The notes under the pieces are model-generated. The model did not search any database. It saw only the letters and a program-made list of their open reading frames with translations, and was not told where the DNA came from. A stretch of DNA of 64,000 nucleotides from Escherichia coli. GTDB taxonomy: Bacteria; Pseudomonadota; Gammaproteobacteria; Enterobacterales; Enterobacteriaceae. Of this stretch, positions 50,705 through 64,000 are shown piece after piece; the first letter of the stretch is position 1, and every line of letters starts with the position of its first letter. The stretch is from assembly GCF_044324785.1 (NCBI RefSeq), contig NZ_CP172127.1. The stretch is one strand, 5' to 3'. Made by a program: the position numbers and the translations under genes.

Positions 50705-50922
50705 AAACTCTCCACTTTGGGGATCTGTAATATCAGTCGCATATCTTTCCTGCCATACAATATAACTGACAAGCGATATTTTGTTAGTGATCCCATGATT
50801 TCGTAAAAAGTGTAAATGAAAGGATGCCCTAAAAGCATCCTTAGCGAGCAGAGAGTCAGCGGAAATAGCTGATTTAAGAATCATCCTGGGCTGAAGATAA
50901 CATGCAAGCCTAAAGGATTGAG

Positions 50923-51744
50923 TTATCGCATTATGCCCATAAAGCCATGCACACCCATATACACACCAACTAAGCCAATCAACAGACTGGAAAAATAGGG
51001 GGCGCGTTTAGCGAGAGTGTTAAATCCGCTCCAACGTTTTGCGACCTGCTGAACGCTGATTGCTGCGCCAACGCCTACGGTGACCAGCGTTAACGCCAGG
51101 CCGATGCTGAAACTGACGACCAGTGTTGCGCCCAGTGTCAGGGCTTTCAACTGAATGCAAATCAACAGCACGGTAATTGCTGCCGGGCAGGGGATAAGGC
51201 CACCGGTTAAGCCAAATAACAAAATTTGCCAGTTGGTGACCTCTCTACCATCAAAGCGTCGTTTAATGTCATTGGCATGGGCTCGTGCATGAGCATCCTG
51301 ATACTCCCCATGTTCGTGATGGTGATGATGTCCATGGTCGTGGTGATCTTCGTGATCGTGATGATGCTCATGATCATGCCCGTGCATATTCTCCAGCCAG
51401 TTGCGTTCGCCGCGCCAGGTACGCCAGAACATCCAGAACGCGGTGCCAATAATGATCACCGCGGAAATCAACTGGAGCCACGGTTCCGCCGACTGCGCAG
51501 TAAAGCGTTTGCTGATCACCATCCCGCCAAAGGCAATCAACCAGACCACTGCGGTATGCGAAATGGTTGCTGCCAGTCCGAGCATCACCGCCTGTTTAAT
51601 GGTGCCTTTGATGGCGATGATAAACGCCGCCATCATCGTTTTTGAGTGCCCTGGTTCCAGGCCATGAAGCGCACCAAGTAAGATGGCGCTGGGGATGAAG
51701 AACCAGGCGTTTCCTTGCTGAAGAAGAGTGGTAAATTCGGTCAT
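50923..51744 (-). CDS. rcnA: nickel/cobalt efflux protein RcnA
   Basis: 273-aa membrane ORF with His-rich loop HGHDHEHHHDHEDHHDHGHHHHHEHGE. Confidence 0.9.
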   Translation of the reverse strand: MTEFTTLLQQGNAWFFIPSAILLGALHGLEPGHSKTMMAAFIIAIKGTIKQAVMLGLAATISHTAVVWLIAFGGMVISKRFTAQSAEPWLQLISAVIIIGTAFWMFWRTWRGERNWLENMHGHDHEHHHDHEDHHDHGHHHHHEHGEYQDAHARAHANDIKRRFDGREVTNWQILLFGLTGGLIPCPAAITVLLICIQLKALTLGATLVVSFSIGLALTLVTVGVGAAISVQQVAKRWSGFNTLAKRAPYFSSLLIGLVGVYMGVHGFMGIMR

Positions 51745-51781
51745 GATAATAATTCTTAGTATTAATTCGGCAATCCGATTC

Positions 51782-51816
51782 TACTCCCCCCCAGTACCTG
51801 ATACTACCCCCCAGTA
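51782..51816. promoter_or_regulatory. RcnR operator: tandem TACT-C7/C6-AGTA sites in rcnA-rcnR divergent intergenic region
   Basis: TACTCCCCCCCAGTA (51782-51796) and TACTACCCCCCAGTA (51802-51816). Confidence 0.7.
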
Positions 51817-51864
51817 GATTAATAGTGCTATGATTTTTCATGTTCTTGTTAACCAGGTGTTGCC

Positions 51865-52137
51865 ATGTCTCATACCATCCGTGATAAACAGAAACTGAAA
51901 GCGCGTGCCAGTAAGATTCAGGGCCAGGTCGTGGCGCTCAAGAAAATGCTCGACGAGCCGCACGAATGCGCTGCAGTTTTACAACAGATTGCTGCTATCC
52001 GTGGCGCGGTAAACGGTCTGATGCGGGAAGTGATTAAAGGTCATCTGACGGAACACATCGTTCACCAGGGGGATGAGCTAAAACGTGAAGAAGATCTGGA
52101 TGTCGTTCTGAAGGTGCTGGATTCTTATATCAAATAA
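51865..52137 (+). CDS. rcnR: Ni/Co-responsive transcriptional repressor RcnR (CsoR/RcnR family)
   Basis: 90-aa [32 protein letters not shown]. Confidence 0.9.
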
Positions 52138-52227
52138 TTTATTAACGCGATTGTAAAACTGCGGTTTTTACTCGTTTACAACGCGTGCGCTGGACATTAC
52201 CATCCTCCTCTGCGATTTATCATCGCA

Positions 52228-52345
52228 ACCAAACGACTCGGGGTGCCCTTCTGCGTGAAGGCTGAGAAATACCCGTATCACCTGATCTGGATAATGCCAG
52301 CGTAGGGAAGTCACGGACCACCAGGTCATTGCTTCTTCACGTTAT
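52228..52345 (+). promoter_or_regulatory. TPP (thi-box) riboswitch in thiM leader
   Basis: Canonical thi-box CTGAGAAATACCCGTATCACCTGATCTGGATAATGCCAGCGTAGGGAA immediately upstream of thiM SD. Confidence 0.85.
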
Positions 52346-52359
52346 GGCAGGAGCAAACT

Positions 52360-53148
52360 ATGCAAGTCGACCTGCTGAGTTCCGCGCAATCTGCGCACGC
52401 GTTACACCTTTTTCACCAACATTCCCCTCTTGTGCACTGCATGACCAACGATGTGGTGCAAACCTTTACTGCCAATACCTTGCTGGCGCTCGGTGCATCG
52501 CCAGCGATGGTTATCGAAACCGAAGAGGCCAGTCAGTTTGCGGCTATCGCCAGTGCGTTGCTGATTAACGTTGGCACGCTGACGCAGCCACGCGCACAGG
52601 CGATGCGTGCCGCCGTTGAACAGGCAAAACGCTCTCAAACACCCTGGACGCTTGATCCAGTAGCGGTTGGTGCACTCGACTATCGCCGCCGTTTTTGTCT
52701 GGAACTTCTGTCTCATAAGCCAACCGCCATACGTGGTAATGCTTCGGAAATCATGGCATTAGCTGGCATTGCTAATGGCGGACGGGGAGTGGATACCACT
52801 GACGCCGCAGCTAATGCGATACCCGCTGCACAAACACTGGCACGGGAAACTGGCGCAATCGTCGTGGTCACAGGCGAGGTGGATTATGTTACCGATGGTC
52901 GTCGCACCGTTGTCATTCACGGTGGCGATCCGCTAATGACCAAAGTGGTAGGAACTGGCTGTGCATTATCGGCGGTTGTCGCTGCCTGTTGTACGCTACC
53001 AGGCGATACGCTGGAAAATATCGCATCTGCCTGTCACTGGATGAAACAAGCCGGAGAACGCGCAGTCGCCAGTAGCGAGGGGCCAGGCAGTTTTGTTCCA
53101 CATTTCCTTGATGCGCTCTGGCAATTGACGCCGGAGGTGCAGGCATGA
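52360..53148 (+). CDS. thiM: hydroxyethylthiazole kinase
   Basis: 262-aa ORF; riboswitch upstream; overlaps thiD start. Confidence 0.9.
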   Translation: MQVDLLSSAQSAHALHLFHQHSPLVHCMTNDVVQTFTANTLLALGASPAMVIETEEASQFAAIASALLINVGTLTQPRAQAMRAAVEQAKRSQTPWTLDPVAVGALDYRRRFCLELLSHKPTAIRGNASEIMALAGIANGGRGVDTTDAAANAIPAAQTLARETGAIVVVTGEVDYVTDGRRTVVIHGGDPLMTKVVGTGCALSAVVAACCTLPGDTLENIASACHWMKQAGERAVASSEGPGSFVPHFLDALWQLTPEVQA

Positions 53149-53945
53149 AACGAATTAACGCTCTGACGATTGCCGGTACTGATCCGAGTGGTGGTGCGGG
53201 GATTCAGGCCGATCTTAAAACCTTCTCGGCACTTGGCGCTTATGGTTGCTCAGTGATTACTGCACTGGTGGCGCAAAATACCCGTGGCGTACAGTCGGTG
53301 TATCGCATTGAGCCTGATTTTGTCGCCGCCCAGCTCGATTCGGTGTTCAGCGATGTGCGAATCGACACCACTAAAATCGGTATGTTGGCGGAAACCGATA
53401 TTGTTGAAGCGGTGGCAGAACGGTTGCAACGTTATCAGATCCAAAACGTGGTACTCGACACCGTTATGCTGGCAAAAAGCGGCGACCCACTGCTTTCACC
53501 TTCGGCAGTTGCCACGCTACGCAGTCGATTATTGCCACAGGTTTCATTAATAACGCCAAACTTGCCCGAAGCAGCCGCCTTGCTCGACGCGCCACACGCG
53601 CGCACCGAACAGGAAATGCTGGAACAAGGGCGATCGCTGTTGGCGATGGGCTGTGGAGCAGTGCTAATGAAAGGTGGTCATCTGGATGATGAGCAAAGCC
53701 CGGACTGGCTGTTTACCCGCGAGGGTGAACAACGGTTTACCGCACCGCGCATTATGACCCAAAACACCCACGGCACTGGTTGTACACTCTCTGCGGCGTT
53801 GGCTGCACTACGCCCGCGCCATACAAACTGGGCTGACACCGTACAGGAGGCAAAAAGCTGGCTTTCATCGGCGTTAGCCCAGGCCGACACGCTGGAAGTT
53901 GGTCACGGTATTGGTCCGGTTCACCACTTCCACGCGTGGTGGTGA
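53145..53945 (+). CDS. thiD: hydroxymethylpyrimidine/phosphomethylpyrimidine kinase
   Basis: 266-aa ORF, PfkB-like; ATGA overlap with thiM. Confidence 0.9.
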   Translation: MKRINALTIAGTDPSGGAGIQADLKTFSALGAYGCSVITALVAQNTRGVQSVYRIEPDFVAAQLDSVFSDVRIDTTKIGMLAETDIVEAVAERLQRYQIQNVVLDTVMLAKSGDPLLSPSAVATLRSRLLPQVSLITPNLPEAAALLDAPHARTEQEMLEQGRSLLAMGCGAVLMKGGHLDDEQSPDWLFTREGEQRFTAPRIMTQNTHGTGCTLSAALAALRPRHTNWADTVQEAKSWLSSALAQADTLEVGHGIGPVHHFHAWW

Positions 53946-54009
53946 GCACCTTACTATAGCTGCTTTGGTTATTGTCAGTCTTTGGCGCTGACATTCAGGG
54001 ATGAAACCA

Positions 54010-54828
54010 ATGCAGCTTAGAATCACCAGTCGAAAAAAATTCACCGCTTTATTATGCGCTCTTGGGCTAATTTCCATCGTTGCAATTTATCCGCGTCAGA
54101 CGGTGAATTTTTTCTACTCGACAGCAATTCAGATTAAAGACTACATCCACTTCTACGGTTATCGCCCGGTTAAATCTTTCGCTATTCGCATTCCTGCCAG
54201 TTACACCATTCATGGTATTGATGTTTCACGCTGGCAGGAGCGAATCGACTGGCAGCGTGTGGCAAAAATGCGCGATAACGGTATTCGCTTGCAGTTTGCC
54301 TTTATCAAGGCGACGGAAGGCGAAAAGCTGGTGGACCCCTATTTTTCGCGTAACTGGCAACTAAGCCGCGAAAATGGCCTGCTGCGCGGGGCGTATCATT
54401 ATTTCTCCCCGTCGGTATCCGCTTCAGTTCAGGCGCGATTATTTCTGCAAACGGTGGATTTTGCCCACGGCGATCTCCCTGCCGTGCTGGACGTAGAAGA
54501 ACGGGGAAAATTATCGGCAAAAGAATTACGCAAGCGGGTAAGTCAGTGGCTAAAAATGGTCGAAAAACGCACGGGAAAAAAGCCGATTATTTACTCAGGA
54601 GCCGTTTTTTATCACACCAATCTGGCGGGCTATTTCAATGAATATCCGTGGTGGGTGGCTCACTACTATCAACGTCGTCCGGACAATGACGGCATGGCCT
54701 GGCGCTTCTGGCAGCATTCCGACCGTGGACAGGTAGATGGCATTAATGGTCCGGTGGATTTTAATGTGTTTAATGGCACGGTGGAGGAGTTGCAGGCATT
54801 CGTTGATGGGATTAAAGAAACGCCTTAA
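54010..54828 (+). CDS. yegX: GH25 lysozyme-like muramidase YegX
   Basis: 272 aa from ATG at 54010; signal/anchor then GH25 motifs (GIDVSRWQ). Confidence 0.75.
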   Translation: MQLRITSRKKFTALLCALGLISIVAIYPRQTVNFFYSTAIQIKDYIHFYGYRPVKSFAIRIPASYTIHGIDVSRWQERIDWQRVAKMRDNGIRLQFAFIKATEGEKLVDPYFSRNWQLSRENGLLRGAYHYFSPSVSASVQARLFLQTVDFAHGDLPAVLDVEERGKLSAKELRKRVSQWLKMVEKRTGKKPIIYSGAVFYHTNLAGYFNEYPWWVAHYYQRRPDNDGMAWRFWQHSDRGQVDGINGPVDFNVFNGTVEELQAFVDGIKETP

Positions 54829-54879
54829 ATAAGAAGCGGTGATATACTCCCACCAGACTCCCTGGCAGGAAAAAGACAA

Positions 54880-55626
54880 ATGGAACAAGCGCATACCCAG
54901 CTGATTGCCCAACTGAACGAGCGTATTTTAGCGGCGGATAACACGCCGCTTTATATTAAGTTTGCCGAAACGGTAAAAAATGCCGTGCGCAGCGGGGTGC
55001 TGGAGCATGGCAATATTTTGCCCGGTGAGCGTGATTTAAGTCAGTTAACCGGCGTTTCGCGCATTACGGTGCGCAAGGCGATGCAGGCGCTGGAAGAAGA
55101 GGGCGTGGTGACGCGTTCGCGTGGTTACGGCACGCAGATCAACAACATCTTCGAATACTCGTTGAAAGAAGCGCGAGGTTTCTCTCAGCAGGTGGTATTG
55201 CGCGGGAAAAAGCCCGATACGCTATGGGTTAACAAGCGTGTCGTGAAATGTCCCGAAGAAGTCGCGCAGCAGCTAGCGGTCGAAGCAGGAAGTAATGTCT
55301 TTTTGCTTAAGCGTATTCGCTATGTCGATGAAGAAGCGGTATCAATTGAGGAATCGTGGGTTCCTGCGCATTTAATTCATGATGTTGATGCCATCGGAAT
55401 TTCTCTTTATGACTACTTCCGCAGCCAGCACATTTACCCACAACGTACGCGTTCCCGCGTTAGCGCCCGGATGCCGGATGCCGAGTTTCAGTCACATATT
55501 CAGTTAGATAGCAAAATACCGGTGCTGGTGATCAAGCAAGTGGCGCTTGACCAACAGCAACGGCCTATTGAGTACAGCATCAGCCACTGTCGCAGCGATC
55601 TATACGTTTTTGTGTGCGAGGAGTAG
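54880..55626 (+). CDS. yegW: GntR-family (HutC subfamily) transcriptional regulator
   Basis: 248-aa ORF with N-terminal HTH and UTRA domain. Confidence 0.85.
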   Translation: MEQAHTQLIAQLNERILAADNTPLYIKFAETVKNAVRSGVLEHGNILPGERDLSQLTGVSRITVRKAMQALEEEGVVTRSRGYGTQINNIFEYSLKEARGFSQQVVLRGKKPDTLWVNKRVVKCPEEVAQQLAVEAGSNVFLLKRIRYVDEEAVSIEESWVPAHLIHDVDAIGISLYDYFRSQHIYPQRTRSRVSARMPDAEFQSHIQLDSKIPVLVIKQVALDQQQRPIEYSISHCRSDLYVFVCEE

Positions 55627-56565
55627 TTCCTCGCGCGTTGGCGCACAATCACCGCCCCGATGCCCGACAACCCACGACGCCACTGCATTGCCCAGTAATA
55701 CGGCATCCGCCAGTGGCAGACCAGAGGCTAGCCCGGCAAGTACGCCACCTGCATGACTGTCGCCCGCCCCAATGGTGTCTACAACTTGCGTTGGAAATGC
55801 CGGAATGCAGCCAGAAGCGTCGTTGCTGAAATACCATGCGCCCTCTTTATCGAGACGAATGATCAACGGCGCGGCAAATTTCTCCTGCCATTGCTTGCCA
55901 AGTGTTGTTATCTCTGCGGATAAAGCAAAACGTTCGGCGGCAATCTCAGCCTCCTGACGATTGAGTGATACTAAAGGTCGACAGGCCATGATCCGCGCCA
56001 GCAATGCATCCGGGATATCGCCAATACGTGGGCCAAAATCGATAAACGGCGTCACGTCTTGCAGCTCTTCCAGCCATTCCACTAACAATTCGCCGCAGGG
56101 CGAGGCCAGTTGATAACCTGAAAAATAGAGCAGGCTGCCAGGCACAACGGCTAATCGCGCCAGCCACTGGCGATTCCACTGATTTTCCACGCCGCTGAAC
56201 GACATAAAAGTGCGTTCGCCATCCGGCTCAACCAGCGCCAGACACCAGCCGTTATCACCTTCGGCGTTATCGATCAGGCTGATTAAGCCCTCTTTTGCCA
56301 TCCGGTTGCGAATAATCTCCGCCCACACCCCCTGACCGAGCGGCAAGGCGTTACCCGCTTCGATGCCGAGGCGCTTTAACGCCACGGCAATATTCAGTGC
56401 GCAGCCGCCAACGTTAACGCTCTGCTGTTTCAGTTCGATATCGCACCCACGCCAGGGGAGGGCATAAGCGTCGGCGATCACATCAATGACCGCCGCGCCA
56501 ATCACCATAACTGGCTGACGCGTGGTTAATTCAGGCAGCAGCGTGTGTAATCGAGCGCCGCTCAT
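55600..56565 (-). CDS. yegV: PfkB-family sugar/nucleoside kinase
   Basis: 321-aa ORF with GAGD motif (DTIGAGDSHAGG). Confidence 0.85.
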   Translation of the reverse strand: MSGARLHTLLPELTTRQPVMVIGAAVIDVIADAYALPWRGCDIELKQQSVNVGGCALNIAVALKRLGIEAGNALPLGQGVWAEIIRNRMAKEGLISLIDNAEGDNGWCLALVEPDGERTFMSFSGVENQWNRQWLARLAVVPGSLLYFSGYQLASPCGELLVEWLEELQDVTPFIDFGPRIGDIPDALLARIMACRPLVSLNRQEAEIAAERFALSAEITTLGKQWQEKFAAPLIIRLDKEGAWYFSNDASGCIPAFPTQVVDTIGAGDSHAGGVLAGLASGLPLADAVLLGNAVASWVVGHRGGDCAPTREELLLAHKNV

Positions 56566-57566
56566 ACCGCCTCCCGTTGTTGACGATATTTCGCCAGCGC
56601 CGTGGCATAGCGGTTGAAATCAAGCTGATTTACCGCATCCAGTTCCGTCTTTAACGCAGGATCGATTGCGTTAACGCCATGCAACGCGCCGCAAATTGCC
56701 GTCGCCATAGCACCGATGGTGTCTGTGTCGCCGCCAAGGTTAGCGCACAGGACGGCGCAACGGTTCGGGTCGGTTTGTGCCAGTTCAACCAGCGCAATGG
56801 CGCACGGAACGGACTCAATAGTGCTGGTACCTGCGCCAACGACCTGGTAAAGCTGTTCGCTGGCGGATTCGGTGCCGTCGGCATTGCGCACAATTTTCAG
56901 CGCAATCTCCAGGCGCGCCGCCAGTGAGGCGCTGAAGGTGGTGATGCGTTTTTGCTGTGCATGTCGCGCAATCGAGGGTAGAGAATCAACAATCGCTGAC
57001 CAGCTTTCTCCGTCAATGGCACGGGAAATCGCCCATGCGATGACTACCGCCCCCGCAACCGCCAGATCGGATTTATGTGTCGGGCTGGAGGCCAGCGCCA
57101 CATCATCAATAAAGGAATCAACATCACGCGCCGGAAGCAAACAACCTAATGGCGAGACGCGCATCGCTGCGCCGTTGGTCACGCCGTTATTTTCCAGTTC
57201 AGCAACGGGTTTACCGTCGCGAATGGCGTTAAGCGCAATCTTCGAGGTCGGACCTAGTACGTTTTTGTTAAAGGCGTCGAAACGCAGCGCCCAGTCGAGA
57301 ATATTACGCCCAATCAGATCTGGATCGATCTTGCCTTCACGTTCCAGTAACGCATCCGCCAGACACAGCGCCATCGAGGTATCGTCGGTGAATTCGGCGC
57401 GGTTAAAATAACAGGCTGCGTTATTCTCCTTTGGTCCAGGCAGAAAACGATCAATCCAGCCAAAGTGTGCTTTAACGCGGCTGCGTGGCCAAAGCTCGGA
57501 GGGCATCCCCATCGCATCCCCTAACGCCTGCCCATAAAGAGCACCGAGAATACGTTCTGTTTTCAT
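56562..57566 (-). CDS. yegU: ADP-ribosylglycohydrolase-family protein
   Basis: 334-aa ORF; 4-nt overlap with yegV. Confidence 0.85.
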   Translation of the reverse strand: MKTERILGALYGQALGDAMGMPSELWPRSRVKAHFGWIDRFLPGPKENNAACYFNRAEFTDDTSMALCLADALLEREGKIDPDLIGRNILDWALRFDAFNKNVLGPTSKIALNAIRDGKPVAELENNGVTNGAAMRVSPLGCLLPARDVDSFIDDVALASSPTHKSDLAVAGAVVIAWAISRAIDGESWSAIVDSLPSIARHAQQKRITTFSASLAARLEIALKIVRNADGTESASEQLYQVVGAGTSTIESVPCAIALVELAQTDPNRCAVLCANLGGDTDTIGAMATAICGALHGVNAIDPALKTELDAVNQLDFNRYATALAKYRQQREAV

Positions 57567-58840
57567 TTAACTTCCCCTTGTGTCAACGCAATATCGCGAT
57601 CATCGACCTTGATAGCCGTAATTTCGTTGTCGGATTCGCGGAAAAAAATCATGAACAGCACGGCGATAATGGCAATCATCACCGCGCCGAAAGTCCACAT
57701 CCCGGACCAGTTGAAAGTCAGTCCGTTTACCGGTTCCTGATAAGCGAACATCTTTTCCATCATCACACCGCCAAGACGATAGCCGAGCAAACTGCCGAAG
57801 CCCTGGCAGCAGAGCGTGATCAGCCCCTGCGCGGCGGTACGCATATGCACGGGGGCTTTTTTATCGACATAGATGTAAGCGGTAACGTAGTAAAAATCGT
57901 AACTTACGCCGTGCAGCAAAATGCCGAGGAACAATAACGCGTAGGTGAAATATTCATCCGCACTACCGTAAATAAAGAAGCCATAGCGGATCGCAGCGGT
58001 GACCAGACCAAGTAATAATACCTTTTTGATACCAAAGCGTTTGGTAAAAAACGGCAATGCCAGCATAAAGAAGATTTCAGAGAACTGGCCGAGCGTCATC
58101 CAGCCGGTGGCGTTTTTCATGCCGACTTCTGTCAGATAACCGTTGGCAAAGATGTAATAGAACGCCAGTGGCATCGCAAACAGGAATGAACAGAAGAAAA
58201 AGACGAGGAAGTTTTTATCGCGCAGCAGGATCAGCGCATCCAGGCCGAGCATGACTTTAATGTCCATTTTGCCGGTGCTTTTTGGCGGCGTGTCGGGCAG
58301 GAAAAACGCAAACACAGCGAGCAGAGCAGAACTTCCGGCGGTAATCAGCAGCGGGATGTTAGTCGGTGAGATATCGGCATACCCCAGCATTTGCGGCAAA
58401 AATCCACATGCCAGACCGGAGGCAATCCAGCCGATAGTGCCCATCACACGAATGCGTGGGAAATCACGCTCAACATCCGGCACGTTGGCAAAAGCGATAC
58501 TGTTAGTCAGCGCAATGGTCGGCATATAGGTTAGCGAGTAGGCCAGCAGTAACGGGAAGAACCCGGCAAAAGTGGTCTGTTGCGCAGCGAAATACATCAG
58601 CGCCGCACCAGCGAACATCAATACCGCCAGCACTTTCTGCGCCGAGAAAAAGCGGTCAGTGATGGAGCCAACCAGAATTGGCGACAGGATCGCCGCAATG
58701 GCGGTACAGGCATACGACCAGCCAATTTCTCCGGCACTAAAACCGCTTTTACTTAACCACAACCACAATGGCACAAACCACGCGCCCCAGATAAACCATT
58801 CAACAAACATCATGAACGACAGCTTTGCTGTTGTTTTCAT
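57563..58840 (-). CDS. yegT: MFS nucleoside:H+ symporter-family transporter
   Basis: 425-aa 12-TM ORF; 4-nt overlap with yegU. Confidence 0.85.
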   Translation of the reverse strand: MKTTAKLSFMMFVEWFIWGAWFVPLWLWLSKSGFSAGEIGWSYACTAIAAILSPILVGSITDRFFSAQKVLAVLMFAGAALMYFAAQQTTFAGFFPLLLAYSLTYMPTIALTNSIAFANVPDVERDFPRIRVMGTIGWIASGLACGFLPQMLGYADISPTNIPLLITAGSSALLAVFAFFLPDTPPKSTGKMDIKVMLGLDALILLRDKNFLVFFFCSFLFAMPLAFYYIFANGYLTEVGMKNATGWMTLGQFSEIFFMLALPFFTKRFGIKKVLLLGLVTAAIRYGFFIYGSADEYFTYALLFLGILLHGVSYDFYYVTAYIYVDKKAPVHMRTAAQGLITLCCQGFGSLLGYRLGGVMMEKMFAYQEPVNGLTFNWSGMWTFGAVMIAIIAVLFMIFFRESDNEITAIKVDDRDIALTQGEVK

Positions 58841-59096
58841 CTTTTAATTCCTTCATGACAGGTAATGTAAGGTACGCTATGACAATACCACTTAATAATA
58901 CCTTTTAAATACCTTTGCGGTGAAAACTTGACCGTGCTAACATTTTTTTTGATGAATCGAGCCAACAGAAAACGCTGAAAAAACATCCAAAAGATGGAAA
59001 AACTCGCCCGTAACGACCAGGATTATGATTGCCCGCAAAAGGCGGGCCAGGACAATCCATAGCCGATATCCAATCGGAATTTACGGGAGCATAGTA

Positions 59097-60149
59097 ATGA
59101 CAGATATTGCGCAGTTGCTTGGCAAAGACGCCGACAACCTTTTACAGCACCGTTGTATGACTATTCCTTCTGACCAGCTTTATCTCCCCGGACATGACTA
59201 CGTAGACCGCGTGATGATTGACAATAATCGCCCGCCTGCGGTGTTACGTAATATGCAGACGTTGTACAACACCGGGCGTCTGGCTGGCACAGGATATCTT
59301 TCTATTCTGCCCGTTGACCAGGGCGTTGAGCACTCTGCCGGAGCTTCATTTGCCGCTAACCCGCTCTACTTTGACCCGAAAAACATTGTTGAACTGGCGA
59401 TCGAAGCGGGCTGTAACTGTGTGGCGTCAACTTACGGCGTGCTGGCATCGGTATCGCGGCGTTACGCGCATCGCATTCCATTCCTCGTCAAACTTAATCA
59501 CAACGAGACGCTAAGTTACCCGAACACCTACGATCAAACGCTGTATGCCAGCGTGGAGCAGGCGTTTAACATGGGCGCGGTGGCAGTTGGTGCGACTATC
59601 TATTTTGGCTCGGAAGAGTCACGACGCCAGATTGAAGAAATTTCTGCGGCTTTTGAACGTGCGCACGAGCTGGGCATGGTGACAGTGCTGTGGGCCTATT
59701 TGCGTAACTCCGCCTTTAAGAAAGATGGCGTTGATTACCATGTTTCCGCCGACCTGACCGGTCAGGCGAACCATCTGGCGGCAACCATAGGTGCAGATAT
59801 CGTCAAACAAAAAATGGCGGAAAATAACGGCGGCTATAAAGCGATTAATTACGGTTATACCGACGATCGAGTCTACAGCAAACTGACCAGTGAAAACCCG
59901 ATTGACCTGGTGCGTTATCAGTTAGCTAACTGCTATATGGGCCGGGCCGGGTTGATAAACTCCGGCGGTGCTGCAGGCGGTGAAACTGACCTCAGCGATG
60001 CAGTGCGTACTGCGGTTATCAACAAACGCGCAGGCGGAATGGGGCTGATTCTTGGACGTAAGGCGTTTAAGAAATCGATGGCTGACGGCGTGAAACTGAT
60101 TAACGCCGTACAGGACGTTTATCTCGATAGTAAAATTACTATCGCCTGA
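59097..60149 (+). CDS. fbaB: fructose-bisphosphate aldolase class I
   Basis: 350 aa from ATG at 59097 ([20 protein letters not shown]). Confidence 0.9.
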
Positions 60150-60233
60150 TGCGCCTCATACGAACAGCACCACCCCGTAGGACGGAAAAGGCGTTTACGT
60201 TGCATCCGGCATAAAAACACGCGCACTTCGTTA

Positions 60234-60261
60234 CGGCTTCCCCCGGGAGGCCGTTTTTTTT
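60234..60261 (+). terminator. rho-independent terminator of fbaB
   Basis: GC-rich hairpin GGCTTCCCCCGGGAGGCC followed by T8. Confidence 0.55.
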
Positions 60262-60279
60262 GCCTGTCATTCTGATTAA

Positions 60280-62521
<2,242 letters not shown>

Positions 62522-62530
62522 GGACGGTAT

Positions 62531-62942
62531 ATGACTAACCTGTTTGTTCGTAGCGGAATTTCTTTTGTCGATCGTAGCGAAGTTTTAACCCATATCGGTA
62601 ATGAGATGCTCGCGAAAGGTGTGGTTCATGATACCTGGCCACAGGCATTAATTACCAGAGAAGCAGAATTCCCTACCGGGATAATGCTTGAGCAGCACGC
62701 CATTGCAATACCGCATTGTGAGGCGATTCATGCTAAGTCGTCAGCCATTTATCTGTTAAGGCCAACAAATAAAGTTCATTTTCAGCAAGCGGATGATGAT
62801 AACGACGTGGCGGTATCGTTGGTTATTGCGTTGATTGTGGAAAATCCGCAGCAGCAATTGAAACTTTTACGCTGTTTATTTGGCAAGTTACAACAGCCCG
62901 ATATCGTCGAGACACTAATCACTCTTCCTGAAACCCAGTTAA

Positions 62943-62965
<23 letters not shown>
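62531..62965 (+). pseudogene. gatA: galactitol PTS EIIA, 3' end replaced by IS5 sequence (truncated/fusion)
   Basis: Reading frame runs into IS5 left end at 62943; last 7 codons (RKVRTSS) are IS5-encoded. Confidence 0.75.

Positions 62966-64000
<1,035 letters not shown>

Noticed and set aside
51207-51667. Overlapping ORFs on both strands inside rcnA (His-rich region)
   Set aside because: Produced by the repetitive CAT/GAT/CAC codons encoding the RcnA histidine-rich loop; not independent genes.

Overview
Escherichia coli-type chromosomal segment from a non-K-12 strain. It is collinear with, but reverse-oriented to, the K-12 gatYZA-fbaB-yegTUVWX-thiMD-rcnRAB-yehABCDE-mrp-metG-molR-yehI-yehK-yehLMPQ-yehRS-btsSR-mlrA-yehWXYZ(osmF)-bglX-dld-pbpG-yohCD-yohF-mdtQ-yohP-dusC region. 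Gene identities are by recognition of protein sequences and gene order; no database search was run. Differences from the K-12 layout: (1) a five-gene 3-hydroxybenzoate/gentisate catabolic cluster (mhbTDHIM-like) left of dusC; (2) an IS110-family (IS1111-like) insertion between dusC and yohP with a candidate structured ncRNA in its 3' end; (3) intact mdtQ and molR, both pseudogenes in K-12; (4) two tandem ~0.49-kb units between yehL and a yehK-like ORF, each encoding a 29-aa hydrophobic toxin with a ~175-nt 5' UTR and a divergent ~81-nt antisense sRNA (zorO/orzO-type type I toxin-antitoxin, described in O157:H7, absent from K-12); (5) an IS5 copy truncating the 3' end of gatA at the right edge. 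The most interesting content is the zor/orz pair, which the ORF track cannot see, and the uncharacterised MoxR/VWA/SWIM operon yehLMPQ next to the giant yehI/molR paralogues. Small proteins YohP (27 aa) and YohO (35 aa) were found by manual translation. Where the ORF track gave N-terminally extended or alternative-start ORFs, starts were reset to the first ATG or to the K-12 start as I remember it. No CRISPR array, rRNA or tRNA gene was seen.
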